Of a DNA stretch of 64,000 nt, positions 1-10,966 are shown piece after piece. Position 1 is the stretch's first letter, and the number at the start of each line of letters is the position of its first letter. The notes beneath the pieces were generated by a model that saw nothing but the letters and a program-made list of their open reading frames with translations, did not search any database and was not told where the DNA came from. The stretch is from positions 6,946,001 to 7,010,000 of the forward strand of contig CM075995.1 of NCBI GenBank assembly GCA_038087875.1. Direction: 5' to 3'. The translations under genes were made by a program, and so were the position numbers. The DNA comes from Malacoraja senta (lineage: Eukaryota).

Positions 1-232
1 AGCTGGGACAATGGGAGTGTTCAGCACTGGGAACCTAAGCAGGTAAGCAGCTATGATCAGGGTAGAATAGGGGGCCAGGTGTAAGGCTAGACTCAGGGTC
101 AGGAATGCGAGAAGGTATGCAAGGAAGGAAGAGGAGGAGCCAGAGGGCTGAGGGAGAGCTGAGAAGGGGAGGAGACGGTTGGGACTGCCTGAAATTAGAG
201 AAGTCAATGTTCATACCGCAGGGGTACCCCAG
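1..232 (-). mobile_element. Penelope-like element 3' fragment
   Basis: gagaagtcaatgttcataccgc is shared with the GIY-YIG element 3' region at about 35115-35140. Confidence 0.6.
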
Positions 233-239
233 TGGTGTG

Positions 240-2499
240 ACCATAATATGGTCAGGTTTAATCTACAATTGGAGAGGGAGAAGGGTAGATTGGAGGTGTC
301 AGTGTTACAGTTGAATAAAGGGGACGATGGGGCCATGAGGGATGAGCTGGCCAAAGTTGACTGGAAAGATACCCCAGCAGGGATGACAGTGGAACAACAA
401 TGGCAGGTTTTTCTAGGAATGATACAGAAGGTGCAGGATCAGTTCATTCCTAGGAGGAAGAAAGATTCCAAGGGGAGTAAGGGGCGACCGTGGCTGACAA
501 GGGACGTCAGGGACAGTATAAAAATAAAAGAGAAGAAGTACAACGTAGCAAAGATGAGCGGGAAGCAAGAGGATTGGGTAATGTTTAAAGAGCAACAGAA
601 GATAACTAAAAAGACAATACGGGGAGAAAAGATGAGGTAAGCTAGCCAAGAATATAAAGGAGGATAGTAAAAGCTTCTTTAGGTATGTGAAGAGGAAAAA
701 AATTGTTACGGTTGGACCCTTGAAGACCGAAAAAGGTGAATTTATTATGGGGAACAAGGAAATGGCAGATGAGTTAAACAGGTAATTTGGTTCCGTCTTC
801 ACTGAGGAGGACTCAAACAATCTTCCTGATATAGTAGTGGCCAGAGGATCTGGGGTGACAGAGGAACAAGGAAATCCACATTAGACAGGAAATGGTACTG
901 GGTAGACTGATGGGACTGAAGGCTGATAAATCCCCAGGGCCTGATAGTCTGCATCCCAGGGTACTTAAGGAAGTGGCTCTGGAAATCGTGGATGCATTGG
1001 TGATAATTTTCCAATGTTCTATAGACTCAGGATCAGTTCCTGTGGATTGGAGGGTAGCTAATGTTCTCCCACTTTTTAAGAATGGCGGGAGAGATAAAAC
1101 GGAATTATAGACCAGTTAGCCTGACATCAGTGGTGGGGAAGGTGCTGGAGTCAGTTATAGAAGATGAAATAGACGCACATTTGGATAGCAGTAACAGGAT
1201 CGGTCCGAATCAGCATGGATTTACGAAGGGGAAATCATGCTTGACTAATCTTCTGGAATTTTTTGAGGATGTAACTAGGAAAATGGACAAGGGAGAACCA
1301 ATGGATGTAGTGTACCTGGACTTTCAGAAAGCATTTGATAAGGTCCCACATAGGAGATTAGTGGGCAAAATTAGGGCACAGGGTATTGGGGGTAGAGTGC
1401 TGACATGGATAGAAAATTGGTTGGCAGACAGGAAACAAAGAGTAGGGATTAACGGGTCCCTTTCAGAATGGCAGGCAGTGACTAGTGGGGTACCGCAAGG
1501 CTCGGTGCTGGGACCGCAGCAATTTACAATATACATCAATGATTTGGATGAAGGGATTCAAAGTAACTTTAGCAAATTTGCAGATTACACAAAGCTGGGT
1601 GGCAGTGTGAACTGTGAGGTGGATGCTATGAGAATGCAGGGTGACTTGGACAGGTTGGGGGAGTGGGCAAATGCATGGCAGATTAAGTTTAGTGTGGATA
1701 AATGTGAGGTTATCCACTTTGGTATCAAAAACAGGAAGGCAGATTACTATCTAAATGGCGTCAAGTTGGGAAAAGGGGGAGTACAACGGGATCTGAGAGT
1801 CCTTGTTCATCAGTCTATGAAAGTAAGCATGCAGGTACAGCAGGCAGTGAAGAAAGCGAATGGCATGTTGGCCTTCATAACAAGAGGAGTCGAGTATAGG
1901 AGCAAAGAGGTCCTTCTGCAGTTGTACAGGGCCCTAGTGAGACCACACCTGGAGTATTGTGTGCAGTTTTGGTCCCCTAATTTGAGGAAGGACATTCTTG
2001 ATATTGAATGCAGCGTAGGTTTACAAGGTTAATTCCCAGTATGGCGGGACTGTCATAAGCTGAGAGAATGGAGCGGCTGGGCTTGTACACTCTGGAGTTT
2101 AGAAGGATGAGAGGATACCTTATTGAAACATATAAGATAGTTAAGGGTTTGGACACGCTAGAGGCAGGAAACATGTTCTTGATGTTGGGGGAGTCCAGAA
2201 CCAGGGGCCACAGTTTAAGAATAGGGGGTAGGCCATCTAAGACGGAGATGAGGAAACACTTTTTCTCACAGAGTTGTGAGCCTGTGGAATTCTCTGCCTC
2301 AGAGGGCGGTGGAGGCCGGTTCTCTGGATACTTTCAAGAGAGAGCTAGATAGGGCTCTTAAAGATGGTGGAGTCAGGGGATATGGGGAGAAGGCTGGAAA
2401 GGGGTACTGATTGGTGTTGATCAGCCATGATCACATTGAATGGCGGTGCTGGCTCGAAGGGCCGAATGGCCTACTACTGCACCTATTGTCTATTGTCTC
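240..2499 (+). mobile_element. CR1-clade LINE (HER1-like), 5'-truncated, frameshifted ORF2 (RT)
   Basis: Motifs KSPGPD, NYRPVSLTS, QHGF, YLDFQKAFDKV, GVPQGSVLGP. 3' tail cctactactgcacctattgtctattgtct. Confidence 0.95.
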
Positions 2500-3128
2500 T
2501 TGCAATTTCTCACTCCCAACTCTCACTCCCAACTCTCACCTTGTTGGCAGCCCTGGAAACTCAGGATGGTACCCTAGCTAATGGAGGACCCAAAAAATGT
2601 TAGAGTAATTCAGTGAGGCAGGCAGTATCTCTGGAGAACATTGGTAGGTGACGTTTGGGTTGGGACCCTTCTTCAGACTCTTGAGGAGATTTCACAGTGG
2701 AGCAGTCAAAATGGAGAAACAAGGAACTGCAGTTGCTGGATTCAACATATGACAGTCCCGCCATCCCGGGAATTAACCTTGTGAATCCACGCTGCACTCC
2801 CTCAATAGCAAGAGGAAGCCACAAACCGGAGGACAGGGAGGAATTTAGAATTCAACAGAGGACAAAGGGGTTAATTAAGAGGGGGGAAATAATAGGGCAT
2901 GAAAGAAAGCTTCCGGGGAATATAAAATGTGACTGGGTCTCGGTTCCCGTACTCTGGACAAGAGATTCTGTGCATCAACCCGATCTATTCCTCTCATGAT
3001 TTTATACACCTCTATAAGATCACCCCCTCATCCATTTGCACTCAAAGAATAGTCCTAGCCTAGCCCTGTAGCTAAGGCTCTTGTATCCTGACAACATCCT
3101 CGTAAATTATCTCTGAAACTTTCTACAT

Positions 3129-4098
3129 TGACACGGAAGTGGCGGCGCTGCCTTAGTTGCTGCGGCTCGCCTGCAGTCCGTCTGTTTTTTAATTTTGTTA
3201 TTGTTTTCTTTTGTCCTGTTTTAGTTAATTTTAGTTTATTAGGTTGTGTATGTGTGGGGGGGGTGGGGGTGGGAGAAACATGTTTTTGGTCTCTTCCTTC
3301 GGGGGGATGTGACTTTTTCTTGTCATATCCCCCGTCTCCGTCTCCGTCTGCGCTGAGGCCTAATGGCGGAGCTGGCAGCCTCAGGGCTGTGGCGGTGTTC
3401 CAGCGGCGGCGGCGACCCGACTTTGGAGCTGTGGCGGCATTCTGGCGTTCCGGTGGCGGCGGCCCCACCAGGGCTGTGGCGGTGTTCCGGCGGTGGCGGC
3501 CCGACTTCGGGACTGTGGCGGCGTTCCAGCGGTGGCAGCCCAACTTCGGGGCTGTGGCGGCGTTCCGGCGGCGGACCCGACTTCGGGGTTGTGGCGGCGT
3601 TCCGGCGGCAGCGACCCGACTTCGGAGGCTCGGCCGCGGGCCCAGTGGACGACATTGTCGGGAACTCGCAGGTCACAGGTTGATGACCTGTTTTCCCGGA
3701 GCTCCCGCAACAACAGCTTCATCCGCTGGACTGGAGGGCGGCAGCTTCGGCAGCTTCGACCGACCCGGGCCGCGGAGTTTGAACCGGCCCGTTCGCAGAG
3801 CTCGGATTCAGCCACAGGACTGACTTACTTACCATCACCCAGCGGGGTCACAACATCGGAAGCCTGGATCGCCTCAGCGCAGAGGGAGAACAAGGAGGGA
3901 AGAGACAAAGACTTTAAGACTTTTGCCTTCCATCACAATGAGGAGGTGTCTGGTGAACTCACTGTGGTGGATGTTAAATTTGTGTTTATTGTGTGTTTTG
4001 TTATTTTATTATATGTATGACTGCAAGGCACGAAATCTCGTTCAGACCGAAAGGTCTGAATGACAATAAAGGATACTTGACTACTTTGACGACTTTTG
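3129..4098 (+). mobile_element. GC-rich non-coding retroelement with internal ~30-bp tandem repeats and a Rex1/Babar-type 3' tail
   Basis: Repeat units cgacttcggggctgtggcggcgttccggcggc at about 3380-3625. Tail hairpin ttcagacc-gaaa-ggtctgaa followed by tgacaataaa. A second copy lies at 6811-7295. Confidence 0.7.
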
Positions 4099-4108
4099 AA
4101 ATGATTAC

Positions 4109-4317
4109 TCTAAATCACCACCGGAGACAGTATAAGATTTACACACATCTTTAATCAGCACTGTAACTTGGCAGCATTAAAAGACAAGGTGTTGTCAGTT
4201 CATCCTAGCTGCTTCAACTGACGGTGCTGGGAATGGGCGTTAGTATAAGTGTTATAATGGAGTGGAGTTAGTGATGCTGGCTAAGTGTGATTGGTTCACA
4301 TGCATCATCAATCTACA
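4109..4317 (-). repeat. 3' LTR of the Gypsy element
   Basis: Starts TGTAG on the minus strand right after the PPT AGGGGGAAGGA. Contains ATTAAA. Confidence 0.88.
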
Positions 4318-6810
4318 TCCTTCCCCCTAAAGATTAAATGTGGAAAGGAAGTGTATTAAACATACTCGCAATACCTGTCTGGTGGAATACTAACACGGCC
4401 CGAGCGCGTGTGGACCCAATCATCCCCTCCCTCCACTGAAGGATTAGGCGGAGAGGCTGAAGGTGAAAATCGCACGGGAGAGGATTGTGGTGACCGAGGG
4501 GGGAAACATGCGGTAGGTGTAACCCCGTGGTTAGTGGGGACCGAGATACGTGGGGGGAGTGCAAGGCATGCGGGGACGGGCGGGAGACGCAGCAGAATGC
4601 AGCTGGAACTGGAGCGGCGGAGCATAGGGATAAGCAGGCGGTGGTCGGGGCTCCTTCACAGCAAGCAGATGCTGTCTACTTCTCCGGTATACCGCTCCCT
4701 CACAGTCCACAAGGTACAACAGTGCCATGACGAGAATGTCCAGTTGAAGTTTGTAGACGAACGACCTGACCCGGCAGTAGAGGCATGAGTGGTCTGCTGG
4801 AACTGTCGTATGACCGTTTCTGGATGTCGTGCTTCTCTTGGAGACGTTGCTGGATAGTGGCGGGCTTCAGCAGCCGAGGGACCAGCTGCTGTTGTGTGAT
4901 GGGGACTGGAGACCTCGTCACCCTCGACAGCAGCCGCTGTGCTGGTGACCCCAAGGTTCCGTCTCTGGCGATGTTTCTGAGATTCAGTAGTTCGAGATAG
5001 ACGTCTGACTTTGAAATGCGCGCTCCCTCCAGCAAGTGCTTGGCGCTTCTGACAGCGCGTTCAGCGAGTCCATTACTCTGTGGATACTCGGGACTGCTTG
5101 TGACGTGCTGGAAGTTCCATCGGTCTGCGAAAAGCTTGAACAAGTGGCTGGTGAACTGTGGACCATTGTCGGTTCTCAGGATGACAGGAGCGCCATAGGC
5201 TGAAAAGTGTCTTTTCAGCTTCTTGATGACCATCTCAGACGTGAGGGAGGTCAGTTGGTCAAGTTCAAACCGTTTGGAAAAAGAGTCGACCAGAACGAGG
5301 CAGTGCTTACCGCACCATTCGAAAATGTCCGCAGCCAGCGACGACCAAGGCAGTGCTGGTGGAGGTTGTTGCAGAAGGGGTTGCCGCTGCTGATGAGGCG
5401 CAAGATCGTTGCAAGTGGGGCAGGAGGCTACGCGGTCCCGGATGTACGTGGCCATTCCCAGCCAGTAAAACAGACCCCGGGCGCGTGCCAGTGTGGAGTC
5501 GGCTCCCGGGTGACCGCTGTGTACCTCTTTGAAGTATTCGTCTTGTAGCAATGCAGGTACCACTACCTTGTGGCCCTTAACGACCACACCATCCTGAACC
5601 ACCAGTTCATCACGGACCAAGAAGTACGGCTGCACCTCTGTGGGCATGTTGGATTGTTTGTCTGGCCAGCCTGTTTTGATGATGGACGAGAGGGCTTGAA
5701 GCGTATCATCATTAGCAGTTGCTTACTGGAGATTAGATCGACACCGAGAACCGTGAAATTCTCCCGTTCATGGGGGTGTTGTTCACAAGATGCTCGAGGA
5801 GCACGAGAGAGTGTGTCAGCGACATGCATGTCCTTACCCTTTGTGTAGGTAATAGAGAAGTCGTACCGCTGCAGCTGCATCATCATGCACTGCAAGCGTG
5901 CTGGTGCGGCATGGATAGGCTTGTTCAGGATTGTCACCAGTGGTTGGTGGTCCGTCTCAACCATGAACGTGTTGCCATGGACGAAGTCGTGGAATTTGGA
6001 GCAGGCAAAGACGACACCCAGCAGTTCCTTTTCGATTTGCGCGTAGTGCTGCTCCGTGTCGGTCATGGTGCGAGAGGCATATGCGACAGGTAGTAGGGTG
6101 CCATCGTCAGATGGTTGCAAGCAGGCTGCGCCGAGCCCGAATTTCGAGGCATCGCAGGTGATCGCCACCGGACGTTTCAGGTCGAAAAAAGTCAGGGTCG
6201 GTGCACTGGTCAGTTTGGATTTTAGAACATCAAAGGCATCCTGATGTTGCTGGAACTATGACCATGCAGTGTCTTTTTTGGTCAGCTGCCGCAGTGTGGA
6301 GCTTAGTTCCCTGAGGTTCGTTTTGAACTTTCCGAGATAGTTTACCATGCCCAGGAAACGTTGCAGGCCTTTCACGTCTGTGGGTGCAGGCATTTCTGTG
6401 ATGGCAGTAGTTTTCTTCGGATCGGGTTTGAGGCCATCAGGGGTGAAGATGTGGCCGACATAGGAGACCACTGGAACCCTGAACTTGCACTTGTCAGGAT
6501 TGAGCTTGAGGTTGATCTTGACAGCACGCTCCAAGATGAGCCTGAGATTGTGGTTGTGTTCCGCTGCGTCTTTCCCATAGACGAGGATATCGTCGACAAT
6601 AATGGCACAAGGCAGATCCTCGAATAATTGCTCCATAGTTCTTTGGATGACTTCACTGGCGGAGTTGATCCCGAATGGCATTCTCAGAAACTTATATCTG
6701 CCGAATGGGGTAGCAAATGTGGTGAGGTTAGATGACTTCTTGTCCAGCGGTATCTGCCAGAATGAGTTCTTTCCATCTAGGACAGAAAATAGGGTGGCCG
6801 TTCCGATCTT

Positions 6811-7295
6811 AGACTTAGACTTAGACTTAGATTCCTTTATTGTCATTGAGACCTTTCGGTCTGAATGAAATTTCGTTGCCTGCAGTCATACATATAATAA
6901 ATAACAAAACACACAATAAACACAAATTAACATCCACCACAGTGAGTTCACCAGGCACCTCCTCACTGTGATGGAGGCAAAAGTCTTAAAGTCTCTGTCT
7001 CTTCCCTCTTTGTTCTCCCTCTGCGCTGAGGCGATCCAGGCTTCTGACGTTGTGACCCCGCCGGGTGATGGTAAGTCAGTCCCGCGGCTGAATCCGTGCT
7101 CCGTCCGCGACGGGCCGGTTCAAACTCCGCGGCCCGGGGTGGCCGAAGCTGCCGCCCTCCAGTCCAGCGGACGCAGCTGTAGTTGCGGGAGCCCCAGAAA
7201 AACAGGTCACCCACCTTGTGACCTGCAAGCTCCCGACGATGTCGTCCACCGGGCCCGCGGCCGAGCCTCCAGACTCAGGTCGCCACCAGCGTCCT
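6811..7295 (-). mobile_element. 5'-truncated copy of the 3129-4098 family nested in the Gypsy RT
   Basis: Reverse-complement match to about 3610-4072. (TCTAAG)n tail. Interrupts VEDVAAK/IGTATLF. Flanks cgatctt and cggtctt form an imperfect TSD. Confidence 0.88.
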
Positions 7296-7845
7296 CGGTC
7301 TTTGCCGCAACATCCTCTACTGTCTTCATGGGATGGTGTGGGCGCTTAATGGCAGTGTTCAGTTTTTGGGGATTAATGCACAGGCGGATTTCATAATTTC
7401 CCTTCTTGACTGTGGCAATCAAGGTTGAGACCCAGTCGGTGGGCTCGCTGACTGCTTCAATTATGCCTTTGGAGGCCATGTCCTTCAGCATAGAGTGAAC
7501 CCTGTCAGTCATGACAAATGACAATCGGTGCGGGGGTCGGATTACGGGTGTCACATCGGGGTCAGTAATAATCTTGTAGGTCACAGGCAACTTGCCTAGG
7601 TTGTTGTCAAAGGGACCAGGGAATTCATTCAGTGGATCAAAAGAAAGTTGCAGTTTGTGGACTGTTTTGTCAAAGGAAATTAGCCCCAGTTCCTGACAGG
7701 CACGATTGCCAAGCAGAGTAACTGAATTAAAGTTCAACACGTAGAAGGTCAATTCCCTCGTTGTTTTCTTCAGTACACATTTCAAGTTGGTTTTGCCCAG
7801 AGGAACCAGCACCTCCCCTCCAAAAGCATGTAAAGTGGACGTGTC

Positions 7846-8019
7846 CACATCTTTAATCAGCACTGTAACTTGGCAGCATTAAAAGACAAGGTGTTGTCAG
7901 TTCATCCTAGCTGCTTCAACTGACGGTGCTGGGAATGGGCGTTAGTATAAGTGTTATAATGGGGTGGAGTTAGTGATGCTGGCTAAGTGTGATTGGTTCA
8001 CATTCATCATCAATCTACA
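7846..8019 (-). repeat. 5' LTR of the Gypsy element (U5 end deleted)
   Basis: 174 bp matching 4144-4317 with two mismatches, then fused directly to protease-region codons. Confidence 0.88.
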
Positions 8020-8224
8020 ATTACACACATGTATTATCAGTGTATGTTTTAATTGGTGATTTTAGTAAATAATTTTAGTTCCTGAATTATATTATATTGT
8101 GGGAATCATTATGTATTTATGTTCAGTTTAGTTTATTGTCACGTGCACCGAGGTACAGTGAAAAGCTAACCAGTCCGCAGAAAAACAATACATGATTATA
8201 ATCGAGACATTTATAGTGTACAGA

Positions 8225-8475
8225 CTAGACTAAGTGGGACCCGTTGGGTCCCAGTCACACAGGAGGCCTGCTCCCCCAATGCAACCCATTCCCCAATGCA
8301 ATATTCCACCACTCACCGGGGTGTGAGGGGGAGGTGTGGGGGAAGGGGGTGTGTGGGGGAGGGGGGTGTGGGGGAGGAAGGGGGTGGGGGTGTGGGGGAG
8401 TGCTGGTGTGGGGACGGGAGTAGTGTGGGAGAGGGGGGTTGGGGGAGGGGGGTTGGGGGAGGTGTGGGGATGTGT
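8225..8475 (-). mobile_element. Helitron-like 3' terminus with adjacent G-rich low-complexity tract
   Basis: Minus strand reads GGGACCC-AAC-GGGTCCC hairpin, 7-nt spacer, CTAG|T. G-runs at about 8318-8470. Confidence 0.5.
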
Positions 8476-8932
8476 TGGTCTCCAAATTAGAGGAAGGACA
8501 TTCTTGCTATTGAGGGAGTGCAGTATAGGTTTACAAGGTTAATTCCCGGGATGGCGGGACTGTCATATGTTGCAAGAATGGAGCGGCTGGGCTTGTACAC
8601 TCTGGAATTTAGAGGGATGAGAGGTGAATGTTGGGGGAATCCAGAACCAAGGGCCACAGTTTAAGAATTAGGGGTAGGCCATTTAGAACGGAGATGTGGA
8701 AAAGTTTTTTCACCCAGAGATTTGTGAATCTATGGAATTCTCTGTCTCAGAAGGCAGTGGCGGTCAATTCTCTGGATGCTTTCAAGAGAGAGCTCTTAAT
8801 GATAGTGGTGTGAGGGGATATGGCGAGAAGGCAGGACGGGATACTGATTGTGGATGATCAGCCATGATCAAATTGAATGGTGGTGCTGGCTCGAAGGGCT
8901 GAATGGCCTGCTCCTGCACCTATTGTCTATTG

Positions 8933-9325
8933 ACAAGGGAATAATGTTTAGTGCAAGATAAACCCAGTAAAGTCCGATCAAAGATAGTTCGAGGGTCACC
9001 AATGAGGTAGATAGTAGTTGTGGTACACTGCTCTCTAATTGTGGTAGGATGATTCAGTTGCCTGGTAACAGCTGAGAAGAAACTGTCCCTGAATCTGGAG
9101 GTGTGCGTTTTCACACTTCTATAACTTTTGCCCAATGGGAGAGGGGAGAAGAGGGAGTGTCCAGGGTGCAAGTCGACCTTGATTATGCTGATGACCTTGC
9201 CGGGGCAGCGTGAGGTGTAAATGGAGTGAACGGAAGGGAGGTTGGGGTTTGTGCGATGGTCTGGGCTGCGTCCACAACTCTGCGGTCCTGGATGGAGCTG
9301 TTCCCAAACCAAGCTGTGATGTCTC
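8933..9325 (-). mobile_element. Rex1/Babar LINE 3' fragment
   Basis: Encodes SIIKVDLHPGHSLFSPLPLGKSYRSVKTHTSRFRDSFF, the same C-terminal domain as ORF 50619-51197. Confidence 0.8.
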
Positions 9326-9391
9326 CCGATAAATGTGTGTTGATGGCCTTACACTAGAAGAAGACACAGTTGTTCACAACAAAACGCTGAT

Positions 9392-9397
9392 TTTATT
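9392..9397 (-). promoter_or_regulatory. Probable ARMH2 polyadenylation signal AATAAA
   Basis: Minus-strand AATAAA about 80 nt after the stop, followed by a GT-rich tract. Confidence 0.6.
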
Positions 9398-9477
9398 TAC
9401 GTTAAAACATTGTGTTCCTTGAAAATAATCTGAAGATTGAAGTATTAAGTGACTTTAATGGCCATTTTGAAAAGTCG

Positions 9478-9899
9478 CTACAAAGCTCGGTTTTGCTTCT
9501 CAAACCCTAGAATGCGGATCAACACTTGGGAATAATTGTCTGGCCAACCAAACCAAGGGAGCTCGGATAAATGTATGAGACTGGAGTGCAGATACTTGAC
9601 CTTATTGAGGCGCCGGATTATGGGAATGTTGTTGCAGCACAAGATGTGGAGCAGGTAGCAGGACCAGAACTTGACCTTGATGGACGTGACATTGCTGTCC
9701 CTGCTGTTGATCATGGACACCAGAGTGGTCAGGATCTGCTGGTCCACCACGGTGGTCTGGTTGGGGGCGTTGTTGTAACAGATCCCCGCCAAGCTCTGGA
9801 GCACTGTGATCTGGTCCTTCTCCGTGTATATGGTCTGGTTCAGGTAATGCAGGAGAGGCTCGATGTAGGGCTGCACGCATTTGGCTGCCTCTGGCCCAC
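9478..9899 (-). CDS. ARMH2: ARMH2 last coding exon (acceptor uncertain: 9899, 9898 or 9926)
   Basis: GPEAAK...VLQSLAGICYNN...KFWSCYLLHILCCNN...WFGWPDNYSQVLIRILGF matches the recalled ARMH2 C-terminus (LLQSVACWCYLN, KFWTCYVLSVMTCNN, WSGWTENFAEVL). Stop TAG at 9478-9480. Lies immediately 3' of RIPOR2. Confidence 0.85.
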
Positions 9900-9989
9900 T
9901 TGGTGGAGAGGAGCCATCAACGTCATCTAACAGGACTAGTCTCGCCCTGGTTATTCCTCTTCTCTCCTCTCCCATCAGGCAAGGCAAGG

Positions 9990-10148
9990 TAACCGACAAA
10001 CCCGTACGTGTTTGGAGTGTGGGAGTAAACCGAAGATGTCGGAGAAATCCCACGCAAGTCACGGGGAGAACGTACAAACTCCGTACAGGCAGCACCCGTA
10101 GTCGGGATCGAACCCGGGAATCTGGTGCTGTAAGGCAGCAACTCTACA
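9990..10148 (-). mobile_element. tRNA-derived V-SINE (HE1-like) fragment in the ARMH2 intron
   Basis: Box B gggttcgatcc and V-domain ggagtttgtacgttctccccgtg. Confidence 0.8.
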
Positions 10149-10394
10149 CGTTCACACGTGATAGGAGCAGAATTAGGCCATTCAATCATGGCTGATCTAT
10201 CTCTCCCGCCTAACCCCATTCTCCTGCCTTCTCCCCGTAACCATTGATCAGGAACCCGCCCGAAGGCTTGTCGGTCGGTGGGACCGGGTACACAACTGAA
10301 CAGGCATGTTGGCAGACGTGGGCAAGCTGGGCTGAAGGGCCTGTTTCCATGCTGTATCTCTCAAACGAGACTGAAGGATAGTAAGTTGACAAAC

Positions 10395-10603
10395 CTGTAT
10401 AACTTATTATGCCCAATGAAGCCGCTGCTTGCAGCCTGTTATACAATGGCAGATGAGTATTCTGCAACGCCTCTCCGTAATCCTTAATCTGTTTGATATA
10501 AACTTTGTCTCTCAGTTTGTAGTCATCATCTTCTTCCGAGTTGAGGAAGAATTTGTGGCTGGTCTTGCTTTGACGAAAATTTGAGCATTTTATGTCGTTG
10601 CCC
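10395..10603 (-). CDS. ARMH2: ARMH2 (armadillo-like helical domain containing 2, C6orf229), upstream coding exon; 5' boundary and start codon uncertain
   Basis: Frame HKFFLNSEEDDDYKLRDKVYIKQIKDYGEALQNTHLPLYNRLQAAASLGIISYT resembles human ARMH2 as recalled (..[24 protein letters not shown]). Donor ACAG|gtttgt at 10395. Candidate acceptor ctgtag| before 10603. Confidence 0.78.
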
Positions 10604-10966
10604 CTACAGTGACCATTATAGAAATCCACAGAGTGGGATTCAGGGATTCAGGGACGTTTCAGCTCTGAACAGCGGATTGCCTTTGACTCTCCCGATGGAA
10701 TTCAATTCTAGAAGAATACGGTGCAGAGGACCAACAAAGAGCAACTGTGATGCCTCTCTTTGTGTTGTCATCAAATTCTGCTGTAAGAATGATGTGGTAT
10801 CTTAAACCACCATTTTCATTGTACTTGAACATAGAGCATTGAACATAGAACAGTACAGGGTGGGCACAGTGGCTCAGTGATAGAACTACTGCCTCATAGC
10901 GCCAGAGGCCCGGGCTCGCTCACAACTGCGGGTGGGGTTTGTCTGTACGGAGTTTGTACGTTCTCC

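Larger units (their letters stand above)
4109..8019 (-). mobile_element. Ty3/Gypsy LTR retrotransposon (Mag/K02A2.6-like), defective, gag deleted
   Basis: Pol order PR-RT (FATPFGRYKFLRMPFG, IVDDIL)-RNase H (CDASKFGLG, ETDHQPL)-integrase (HSGH..CPTC, ADIF, TDNG, AER). Direct repeats at 4144-4317 and 7846-8019. Polypurine tract at 4318-4329. ATTAC on both flanks (4104-4108, 8020-8024). Confidence 0.93.

Noticed and set aside
3380..3625. Regularly spaced ~30-bp repeats resembling a CRISPR array
   Set aside because: The units are contiguous and degenerate with no unique spacers. There are no cas genes and the context is vertebrate.
3055..4020. Several long overlapping Arg/Gly/Ala-rich ORFs on both strands
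   Set aside because: These arise from a GC-rich tandem repeat that lacks stop codons. There is no recognisable domain.
4010..4070. Rex1-type tail (gtatga..ctgc..ggca..cgaaa) as a hammerhead ribozyme
   Set aside because: It lacks the CUGANGA core. It is better explained as a LINE 3' recognition hairpin.
9927..10095. N-terminal part of ORF 9478-10095 as ARMH2 coding sequence
   Set aside because: It is intron read-through into a SINE (MLPVRSLYVLPVTCVGF is SINE-derived).
10650..10775. Upstream ORF MTTQREASQ... as the missing ARMH2 N-terminus
   Set aside because: It ends in TGA. Removing the 8-bp CCCTGAAT duplication still does not put it in frame with the ARMH2 exon.
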